This document shows positions 55,701 to 64,000 of a stretch of DNA of 64,000 bases, in pieces. Numbering within the stretch: position 1 is the stretch's first letter; each line of letters opens with the position of its first letter. A program made the translations under genes and the position numbers. This DNA is from Diadema antillarum (lineage: Eukaryota). A model generated the notes under the pieces. The model was not told where the DNA came from. It did not search any database and was given only the letters and a program-made list of their open reading frames with translations. Where the stretch lies: assembly GCF_040938485.1 (NCBI RefSeq), contig NW_027271148.1, positions 124,001 through 188,000 of the forward strand. Reading direction: 5' to 3'.

Positions 55701-58700
55701 TATCTAGCAAGCAAAAGGGTCACCATGAATTTAAAACACATGTGAAGCATTTTCTTTCATTTCAGCAACATTACACACTGCATCAAAATCAATGCATACT
55801 GGTATAAGTTTCCCACTCTGTTGACTTCTTTATGTTTGAGGAAAACAAACATGCATACTTGCATTCACTTGTACACAAACACTGACAACACAAGTGAATA
55901 GAACATGTTCCACACAGGGCAAAAGTAAAAGTGGGTGGTGGAGGGCTTACTTGTGAGAATATCGCCACACCGCCGTTCTTCTTCTCTGATGCCTTGACCA
56001 CCATCGGTAGCACCCGGTCCTGTCCCAGGACACTGACCATGATGTTGGGCGAGCCCTCCCCGTCGCCGATCTGCAGCCGGCCGGGTCCGCTCAGGCCCTC
56101 GACTCGGAAGGCCTTGGACTTAACAATGCCCTGGTATGACGCCTCCACCTCCTTTTCCGTGGGTGGTCCACCCTGAAAGCTCACATCGCCGAGGGAGAGG
56201 GGGAGTCCAAAGTTGAGGATGCGACCGCCCTTCTCAAAGTGGGCCATGAACCGCTCCGTCGTGTCCTTGTCGAGACTGCCGTCACCGGCTAGCACTACCA
56301 ACGCACAATTGTCCGACCATGGCTGGGTCAGGGTGCTGGGTTTGAGGAGATAGATTACATACTTGTCCTGTTCCAAGCAGTGCTGCAGGGCAGCCTCCAC
56401 GGCTCCGTAAACCTCATCCTCGACTTCCGATCCCGTGTATATCAGAACATTCGGCGGCTTACATATTCCGTCTCCCCCCGCGGCGGGGTCTTTATGCCTC
56501 AGCGACTTTGGGAGGTTTCCGATCCCGTTTGAAAGATTCCTCTCTCCATCTGGGAGAAAGACGCTGCCATCCGTTGCCCCAGCGACATGGCTAGGACTGT
56601 TGGGGAACTCCACGGAGACACCCCCGAGGTCGTCTTCGTCCAGCTCTCCCGTGCTGGACAACGAACTCGAATTCTTCTGCTTCTGCTCCTCCATCTTGCG
56701 CACAAACTCGGAGGAGTGCTTGCGGCGCAGGTACCGGTTCGGCTGCCGGTGGAGCTGGGGCTTCTTGCCTGCTGCCTCCAGGGGCGACACCCTGTGGGGC
56801 GAGGCAGGGATGGGTGGAGTCATGGCACCAGATGCTCCCTCCCCGACCTTTAACCTGTTGTCAACCAAGTTGAATGCTTGTCCCTGCACTTCCACAGCTG
56901 AGAAAAGAGGAAAAAAGATTCAATTGTCACTGACGCCACACATGAATACAACACCTTTCTTTAGATATGTATGAACATAGAATTATATTCATAGAGAAGA
57001 TGGAAAGATTTTTCTGTGATACCAAATGATCTGGCTGATGACTACTTTTGTTTGATTCTGCCAAACAACCATCAAAAAGTCTTAAGTCCTGTCTGCAATC
57101 CACCTGCCCACTTTCGCTAATGCCATGTACATTTGTATCATCTGATATCTATATGCATTGTATGCACTAGCCCAAGGCACTAGCTGGTCCACATACAAAG
57201 AAAATCATGGTGTTGGCATTTTGCTTGTCAGCAAGTCTGAAGGGTTCTCACATCACTAACACAAAGCCTTGAAGTTGCAGGTACTATCTTGCTTGAGATT
57301 AGCGCACAAAGAAAATGGTAGCGTCAAAAAGTAAATCACAAAGCAGTAGGTTTTTCCCAACTTGGTCAAGTTCAATGTGCCACTGACAGACAGCATGCAA
57401 CTGACTGAACTCATATTCAGCTTTTGAATACTGTAAAAAATTAACTCTCTGCAATGTGGAAATTTTAGAGTATTTCACACAGCCAGAGGCTAGTGCAGAA
57501 ATAAAAGCAGGCAAATATTTTTGCATGCCATAAGTTCCAATACAGGGTTCATACTCTTTCTCATGAATTAAATTCCATGACTTTCCATGACCATTTTAGC
57601 CAGAATTCCATGACCTTTCCATGACTTTTACATAATTCTTTTTAAACACATTAAACTGAAAATTTGATCTCAAATCAAAGCGAAGCAAAGGGAATACATA
57701 TACATCTCACAAAAACAACAGATAAACTTCTATAATTTTTGCAATTCCATGACTTTCCATGGCCTTTTGATGAAAATATCAGTTTTTCATGACTTTCAAG
57801 GCCTGGAAAAAGACTAGGCCAAATTCCATGACTTTCCAGGTTTTCCATGACCCATATGAACCCTGCAATAGTTAATGTCCTGAATCTGCAAAAATAAAAA
57901 CACGCAAAATTCATCTTACCCAGCTGAGTGCAAAAATTACTCGCACGAAAATACCCACTTTTACAGTTCCACACCGTACATGTAGTTGTGCATGTAGGAT
58001 CCTACATGATATGATGCCTAAATGTGCACAAGAAATGCTACAAAGTTTCATTGGCAGATCAAACTGAATTGGTCTGATGGTCATTTTGCCTGTAGCAGGG
58101 TAATGAGCTCCTGTCATCTGTGTAAAATCCTGACCAAATGATCAACTGTCCAACAACAATAAAGTAAAGAATCAAGAAAAATACGTACGCATAAGCCACA
58201 AAAGTAATCACCATCATACAATGTAATAATCAGAGTGATCATACTGATGCTTATCTTACAATAGTTAACATCCCATTATAGTGATGATAGCAACAATGAT
58301 TCATGCAGTAGTAATTCTGTTATTACTACATGTAGTACTACTATTATTACTACAAATAATAGCAAGTTATCATAATAACGATAACAATAAAAGTAAAGTC
58401 AACAATTATCATCATTGACACCTACAATAGATAAAATGTAAACCATGAAGGAGGAAGAAAAAGGATAGACGGTAGTACGAGATGACACAGAGAGATGAAA
58501 GAGAGAGATGAGGTGACATCTTGGATGTCCCAAGATGACACCAGGATTATCGTGCTGTCAACCACAGCGTGATCCCCTTCTCCCAAACCTCCAAATCCAT
58601 CCCAACAACAACAGAAATGATGCTGGATGAAGCGTAATGGAAGGCTCCCCACACTCCATTAGATGCACGCTCTCCAGAATCCTGTTAATAGCTCGGCAGG

Positions 58701-61700
58701 CAGACATTCAGACACATCGTGAAAGGCGCCATTTAGTCAACTGATGGAATTCCAGCCAACGCACTTCAACCTGATGAGATCTTAATGCACCTCTGGGGCT
58801 AAGAAAACACGGACTGTCCTTTTCCACAGTTCCACAGGAGATTTCTGTTTTTTCCCCCCAGCAAATGAAGACTAAAGAGCTAAAGAATGCCTTGATTGAA
58901 GGAGCACCATTATCGAATTTGGGTCAAATGGGGACATAACGAGACGGTGAGATGCAATTTCCTAGCGAGACAATACGAGTTATTTGGCCCAAATCACTCC
59001 TCGTTATCACAAAATGAGCAGTCAGAGGACTGTGGTATTACGCTCTTTCTGGAGAGCAGCAAAGGTCAAGTATTTCTGTGTCAGATCAGTTTAACCAGTT
59101 TAGTGACTTAACTTCAACCTTTGGCAGAGTTTCACTCTTTAGGCTTCTATTAAGCACCTTACGCACTCTAAGGATAGTACATGCAGTGAGGCACAAAATA
59201 ATAAAAACTTTTACAATCTCAAAGCACTCTAACCTTGACAAATCTTGACAAAATCATACAATGTATAATTTCTCTGGTAACCAGATTTCTTGGCCTTTTC
59301 TGTGGGACATTTAGAAAACAAAAAGCAAGGCAAGTCATACACCTTGTAATTAACAAACTTAAAATACTTCATAGTTTCTGAGGTTTTTAGAATCAAATCA
59401 ATGGACGGTGCATTTTGTGCTTTTGACCAATGGATAACGATGCATTTTTATAGGGGAGACTGGGGTAATTGTGGCCCCCTTTTTCATATTTTCTATTAAT
59501 ACAATTAAATAAAAAGTTCAATAATATTCTAATTATGTGAATATACACTGTCAGTCAATGTATATACCCATAATATCCAAAAGAAAGCATAAACCTGAAA
59601 CTTTTAGTTTGCATATTAATTGCAATTAAGTTAATGACTTTGTGGGGCCATAATTTCCCCACGGGTTGGGGTATTTGTGGCCCCCTTTGATATAAAGATA
59701 AAATAGACAGAATAATTCATAAAGTGAGAGTAATACACAAAGAACTACATGAGAGCATGTAAAGGAATGATTTCCTAATCAAAGGAAGCCTCATTTATCC
59801 ATTTAAAGTAATGCAGAGAGAGTCAAGTTCATCCAACTTTAGCTAATTCACAATTTGTCCTGATACGCTGGACAAAGGAAGTCAGTCATCTAAATGTGAT
59901 ACATAAACAATGAATTATATAAAAGTTTATTCCACAACATATGACTGATTTTAAAAAGATAATGACTCCAAAGGCTCCAAAGGCTTTACAGGCTCTTCAG
60001 CCCCATTTCCTTCATTTTTGTAGCATTAGTTGTATCTGCCATATCTTAATTATGTGAGTATAAAAAGTGTAAGTCAAAGTCTATCATTTGTTGAGGTTTG
60101 GCCTTGGATTTTGTGGCATGATGGCCTTGGGAGATGGAGTCTTTCACTTGAAAATATCCCAAACAAAGCTGCAATGATAATATAATTACACTGTAAGCAC
60201 ATTTGATAAATCCCAGTAATGGACCATGCTTATTATGATTTTTAACTAAATTTTCGATCTTTCTTGCATATTATCCATAGCCGTTCATAGCAAAACAATG
60301 CTTTTTCTATGGGGGGCCACAATTACCCCGAAGCGCATGTCCCAAACAATGGCCCGTTGTTATAAGAATAGATAAAATTTCGTATGATTTGTTTTATAAT
60401 CACTTCAGACAAGGTTTGTCATTATAAAGTAACATTGTGAAAAAGAATTTGGAAATAAATAGAAGATGTGACACTTACCTTTCTAAAGTGAGGAGTGTAC
60501 TTTTTACTATGTGATTTTGACATGCACTGACAAAACAGGTCCTCCTATCAAGATGCTAATTGCTAAATGAATGGATGTTGGAGCATAATAGTGGTAAGAA
60601 GTGACCTTCCACATACTACAACTATAAGCTATTTTAACACATAGAAGATGATATTATTATACATTTTATGTTGAGGGGCCATAATTACCCCGGGGCCACA
60701 ATTACCCCAGTCTCCCCTACACGTTCAATCTTTTCAAGAAACATTGACCAAATTTAACCATCCTCGTAGTCAAGTCTGGCTTCACAGTCTGAACAATTTA
60801 AAAATACTGCACAATAAAAATTGATATTCATTTTGAGGCTTTATCAGGCTTTCAGAGTGGTGGATCCAAATTACTTCCAAAACACACAATACGCCCACTC
60901 ACACACATTGAAAAAGCGCAAGTCAAATTGCAATTCAAATCACACTTTTCTTGTGCTCTGGTTCACACGTACAGTGGCAAAAAAACAAAAACAAAAACAA
61001 AACATGATCCAAATCACATTGAAAAATGGCAATGCAAATCGCACTGGTTAGGGATAAACCATAATAGATAAACTGTTGAACTGTGCATGCCTGAGTGTTG
61101 GAGTTTGACCTGACTTTGACCCGACTGTCTTGCATGCCTTGCATTGTGGGATAAAGATCTGGTATGATTTTGCACAGCATTCATACCATCCTATTTCATA
61201 CTGCACAAAATATTGACTATTAACAAAAAAGCCTGACTGTTTCCCACGCGTTGCACTTTTCGTGTTTCACAGATCCCAATTAGCATCTCAATAATAGTTA
61301 CTTTTATTATGCCCAAACACATAAACCAGATTGTTTTTTGCCTTGCGATTTAAATCTCAACCTAAATAATCTCAGCTATTGGTGGCTGTGTGAATGGGCC
61401 GAATGTTACTACGATGTATTTTATTCACACAAGGAGTGGTATTTAAAAGATATACCACAGTGGCAACCAAGAAGGTACTGTAACTCTCTGTCAATCAAAT
61501 TTTGTAAACTTCTAAAAATCAGATTTGCAGTCACCTGCTGCACTGTCATAACAATAGTCGTAAAAAGGTCACAACATAAAACATTTTTGTTACTGGGATT
61601 AATCATCTACAAATGTATGTAAAACACATCCCTATATCCAATAGCATGCTATTTACTATGTATAATACAGAAATATTCTCTTGAAAATTTAGCATAACAT

Positions 61701-63608
61701 GAAAAGATGTAAACTGTATTACCCCATACCAATTATCTCTACATACAGTGTATATTCTACAAGTACACAAGTTACAGTGTATGACCTGGCTGCATTACAA
61801 TACTTCATAAATGGTTTCAGTGCAGTAGTGTACATAACCTGCAAAACACACCATTACATATCTGTGTATGGGATGTTTACACCATGCTACTACAATGTAC
61901 ATAGTGTCTGTACATACACAGATACCTGTCCATTGGCTTCTGTTCATCACAACAACAGATAAGCTCATATTTGCTGTCATGGCAACCATAAATAGCTCCA
62001 CAGTGCATGAATGCACAACTGGAGCATGGTATCCAAAGAGGACTTGCTATAATACATTAAAAGGATCGGTACTGGCAAGTGTTGTTAGAAATAGCGGGTG
62101 CCTATGAATAATGAAAATGGAAAATTGGTGAGTGTGTGGCTCACCAAGCATCCTCCACGAAATGCAGAAAAACATATCAGAGTTGTACCATTCTTTTTCT
62201 ACTCTAATATGTGATCTATATTTGATGCTTGATCAATCACTTGTACAAGACAAAAAGGATTGGCTGACAAGTATTGAATTTTACAATCATCTTCCGGATG
62301 GTGACCACTATGCAAAGATTGAATGAAAATACCTGCTGCAGCACTCACAAAATATTCATTGACAACTGTTGCGTTATGCGTAAGAATGTCCATTGTTATT
62401 TGTTATCTGTACGGAGATAAATCCAATTCCACACAATCACTCTACAGTTGAATGTTGGCTGAATAATTCAAATCTATTTCTCTGTTACTAGTATCCCCGA
62501 AATTGCATGCTATCTGGTTGGATGGCTTTTCATGCAATAATAATGGACATGAAACTTTCAGCATGGCATGCTGTTTTGTTGTTGTTTTTTTCACTGAAGA
62601 GGATGTAACTACGGTATAGGTTGCCTCTATCTGAACGCATTTTCAATGTCTCAGGGAAACCAGCGCTCTTTACTTTTGGCAGGATATCTCCCGGACGGAG
62701 GCTATTTTCGCAAAATCTTCCGCCTTCTCACTCGAGTTTGAATTTCTCCCACTCGAGCTGTGTGAATCCTACTTTAATATAAAGAGGTATTTTCTCAAGA
62801 TTAACATTTAGCTTTCTTTCTCCAGCCCAACTGTAGTTTTGTCATTTGTCATGTACATGTTCAAAACTATGGTTTAAACAGCACCAGAATAGCACCTAGT
62901 CTTTGACTCAGGATAATCAAAAATAGATAAACAGAACAGTAAAAGTTTTGTTTAAAAAATACATTAAAAGATGAAAGCTATAAAATCCTAAAGTTGCACA
63001 TAAAGAAAAAAAATAAAAACCCCAAAGACATATACACAGTGATACTGTTCACAGGCACATAATATACAAGCTACTCTAGATGAAGTTAGATATAATCACT
63101 TTAAGGACCCTCCCATAGCTCGGTACACAAAGCAATATTAAAATTGCATACATAATATGCAAATTCAGCAACTATTACATATGTACTGTATAACTCCTAC
63201 CCCATAAGACTCACCAGTGATTATAACAATGATTTGGTTTCATGCAAAAGATAAAAGAAAATGTATTCTTATTCCATTTAAAACGCAGTTTATTCTTATT
63301 CCATTAAAAAAAGAAGAAGATTGAACAGTAGGCCTTTTGCAGATTTTTCAGATTACACCATCATCTCATCTCATTTGCATAGATACACAAATGGTTTCCA
63401 TGGAAATGGTTTCCATGGCAATGGACTCACTGAGCATCTGATCCACCAGGAGACCATCATCAAGCTCCAGAAAGCCCTCCATGTAGGCCGTGCCTATGCG
63501 GGAGAAGTTCTCCTTGCTGGCCTGCACCAGGATCCCGAAGGGCTCGCCAGACTTCCAGGCCAGGGGCGTGGTCAAGTCGGACAGCTTGACCACACGGTCC
63601 GGAGGAAC
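43549..63608 (-). CDS. HLCS: Holocarboxylase synthetase (biotin-protein ligase), 9 coding exons in window, 5' incomplete
   Basis: Exons joined by hand at GT-AG sites give an uninterrupted 762-codon frame (178+947+150+275+68+161+115+214+178=2286 nt). It contains the BPL motifs GKGRSGNRW, KWPNDIY, KLGGVIVN, GVGVNVSNS and the C-terminal PDGNSFDMLQNLI, matching human HLCS as I recall it. Confidence 0.97.
44180..45040. mobile_element. PIF/Harbinger-like MITE (3-bp ATA duplication) carrying a nested insertion
   Basis: ATA|GGGTGCGTTTGA...TCGAACGCACCC|ATA, with subterminal AAAGCGAAC/GTACCGTAC repeats. Confidence 0.7.
44457..44907. mobile_element. GGTGGCCC-repeat MITE (CA...TG termini, CCTTTTG flanking duplication)
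   Basis: CATGGCTTGACACTAAC / GTTAGTGTCGAGCCCTG TIRs, with CCTTTTG on both sides. Confidence 0.8.
45105..45318 (-). CDS. HLCS: HLCS exon (214 nt): GVGVNVSNSVPTTCIND...YYKRWLHS
   Basis: Acceptor gctgttgag|GT and donor AG|gtacag. Matches human GFNVTNSNPTICIND...YYRYWVHS. Confidence 0.96.
45462..45691. mobile_element. Small TTAA-flanked palindromic MITE
   Basis: TTAA|GGGGAACTC...TTAAAAGTTAGTCTG pairs with CAGACTAACTTTTAA...GAATTCACCT|TTAA. Confidence 0.7.
45871..45952. mobile_element. ~90-bp piggyBac-like MITE, left end in an assembly gap
   Basis: ...TTGAGGACGAGTCCCAAGTATACTCGGGC...TCCTCAACGGG; sister copy at 46444-46689. Confidence 0.7.
45995..46109 (-). CDS. HLCS: HLCS exon (115 nt): DFDLRLKWPNDIYYGNQQKLGGVIVNSSCLDGVFHAII
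   Basis: Acceptor atggcag|GAC and donor G|gtatga. Contains the catalytic KWPND and KLGG motifs. Confidence 0.97.
46444..46689. mobile_element. piggyBac-like MITE interrupted by a nested TA-targeting MITE
   Basis: TTAA|CCCGTTGAAGA...TCCTCAATGGA|TTAA; shares GTCTATGGGAAATGCGTGTTGTAGCAAAATCAG with the 45.9-kb copy. Confidence 0.78.
46468..46623. mobile_element. Nested Tc1/mariner-type MITE (TA duplication)
   Basis: TA|CTGTAAAA...TTTTACAG|TA, inserted at the GAGTA/TACT centre of the host MITE. Confidence 0.8.
48065..48454. mobile_element. Kolobok-like MITE (TTAA)
   Basis: TTAA|AGGGACTGTACAGTACTGGTTGA...TCAACCAGTACTGAACAGTCCCT|TTAA. Confidence 0.87.
49566..49726 (-). CDS. HLCS: HLCS exon (161 nt): RSGNRWLAPIGCAMFS...LPFLQHIASAAVVEAVRSLKGYE
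   Basis: Acceptor ggatcag|GT and donor GAG|gtacgg. Encodes the biotin-binding loop. Confidence 0.97.
49938..50200 (+). mobile_element. tRNA-derived SINE with a LINE-like 3' tail
   Basis: A-box-like gcatagtggataag, B-box-like aagttcaattcc, core CCACCCAGGTGTATAAATGGGTACC, and tail ACTGAAGAGGCTACCCTG. Confidence 0.72.
50397..50464 (-). CDS. HLCS: HLCS exon (68 nt): FMFKVPDNVGVVCIATRMTGGKG
   Basis: Acceptor ttcccag|A and donor G|gtaagt. Phases fit both neighbouring exons. Confidence 0.95.
51098..51372 (-). CDS. HLCS: HLCS exon (275 nt): ...FNFDSYRNNLTTSILGNVVLYAEVLPTTMDVFEG
   Basis: Acceptor aatatag|GCA and donor GG|gtgagg. Matches human [29 protein letters not shown]. Confidence 0.96.
53340..53515. 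mobile_element. Small MITE with CAGGGCTGCACACT / AGTGTGCAGCACTG TIRs
   Basis: 13/14 inverted match; no clear target duplication. Confidence 0.6.
53807..54211. mobile_element. Tc1/pogo-type MITE (TA duplication, 20-bp TIR) abutting an HLCS donor site
   Basis: TA|CAGTCCAACCTCTCCTATCC...GGATAGGAGAGGTTGGACCG|TA; 19/20 TIR identity. Confidence 0.87.
54215..54364 (-). CDS. HLCS: HLCS exon (150 nt): ICFPEGHL...LVRLGLSC...LTPAFLLGVNQ
   Basis: Acceptor ccccttag|ATC and donor CAG|gtacgg; phase 0-0. Resembles human LTTLGLSC...LTPLYLL. Confidence 0.92.
54856..55616. mobile_element. piggyBac-like MITE, 761 bp
   Basis: TTAA|CCCTAAAAAGACTGGG...CCCAGTCTTTTTAGGG|TTAA; perfect 16-bp TIR. Confidence 0.92.
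55951..56897 (-). CDS. HLCS: HLCS large exon (947 nt): low-complexity N-terminal region plus PPNVLIY/BPL_N-like domain
   Basis: Acceptor ttttctcag|CT and donor CAA|gtaagc. Encodes KPPNVLIYTG...YVIYLL...PWSDNCALVVL...GGRILNFG...GGVAIFSQ. Confidence 0.95.
57543..57865. mobile_element. MITE with CAGGGTTCATA TIRs and internal TTCCATGAC repeats
   Basis: CAATA|CAGGGTTCATA...TATGAACCCTG|CAATA, with many ttccatgac units inside. Confidence 0.82.
57890..57968. mobile_element. Half copy related to the CTGTAAAA MITE family
   Basis: ...cgcacgaaaatacccacttttacag end resembles the 46468-46623 termini. Confidence 0.4.
59453..60717. mobile_element. 1265-bp non-autonomous DNA transposon, TA duplication, 26-bp TIR
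   Basis: TA|GGGGAGACTGGGGTAATTGTGGCCCC...GGGGCCACAATTACCCCAGTCTCCCC|TA, with internal copies of the TIR core at about 59645-59685 and 60311. Confidence 0.87.
63431..63608 (-). CDS. HLCS: HLCS coding exon (first in window): VPPDRVVKLSDLTTPLAWKSGEPFGILVQASKENFSRIGTAYMEGFLELDDGLLVDQML
   Basis: Acceptor caatag|GTT and donor CTC A|gtgagt. Phase 1 matches the next exon (A+CT=Thr). Resembles the human segment around Met1 (MEDRLHMDNGL) and upstream of it. Confidence 0.88.
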
Positions 63609-64000
63609 CTATTGTGGTCATTGCAGAAAAAAAATTAAAAAAATTATTGGTTAGCATACGGTGGATTGATTTTCATTTTCATTAAGATGCAAGGTTTGTA
63701 TTTGGAATTCTTGGGATCGCCAAGCGTAGGTGCTGTGCGCAAAGCAGCATTTTCGATGCATTGTGGGATAGCTCAAAGGACAAACTTGCCCTGGGTTTTG
63801 TTTGCATATCGTCGCTGGGGCGACAAGACCTCGTATCTACAAAATATCAAATGTTCAGGGGAGCAAAAAAACGTGGCGGCCAAAGCGCTGTGGCGAATGG
63901 GATAGACATTCCTTTGACATGCCTTGGTGGCTTCATCTTTGGAGTAAGACAATTGGGATTTGGACAGGATATCACTTAACCCAGTATTTGACCATTAATC

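Noticed and set aside
55789-55950. C-terminal tail of the 368-aa ORF (VSPPPPTFTF...)
   Set aside because: It is intron read-through past the GTAAGC donor; HLCS similarity stops at FSQ.
58530-58640. Plus-strand DYRAVNHSVIP resembling a Gypsy RT motif
   Set aside because: The frame is bounded by stops within about 30 codons and no other RT motifs are nearby; probably chance.
1-64000. Conserved animal miRNAs (let-7, miR-9, miR-71, miR-200 and others) and snRNAs
   Set aside because: A by-eye search found only partial seed-like matches (for example near 35542 and 49311) that do not extend to mature sequences. An Rfam/miRBase scan would be needed to exclude them fully.

Overview
Eukaryotic (animal) genomic DNA, AT-rich, with seven assembly gaps. 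The repeat families and gene architecture suggest an invertebrate deuterostome such as an echinoderm; this is inference. The only protein-coding gene I can support is holocarboxylase synthetase (HLCS, biotin-protein ligase) on the minus strand. Nine coding exons (63608-63431, 56897-55951, 54364-54215, 51372-51098, 50464-50397, 49726-49566, 46109-45995, 45318-45105, 43726-43549) all have GT-AG boundaries and splice in frame into 2286 nt (761 aa plus stop). The 5' end lies beyond the right edge of the window. The left ~36 kb has no recognisable coding gene. It holds a CR1 LINE remnant, a 4.2-kb TIR-bounded non-autonomous element inserted in a (TA)n tract, many MITEs, SINE heads and microsatellites, and possible 5'-UTR exons and promoters of an unidentified minus-strand gene. 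The most notable observations are: a MITE inserted inside an HLCS 5' splice site whose only TIR mismatch creates the +5 G; a Met replacing the biotin-contacting Gln of the ligase motif; coding sequence upstream of the canonical HLCS start Met; tandem copies of the terminal coding segment in the 3' UTR; and the 4.2-kb element with a 13-bp motif scattered through its interior. I found no evidence for a new multi-gene system.
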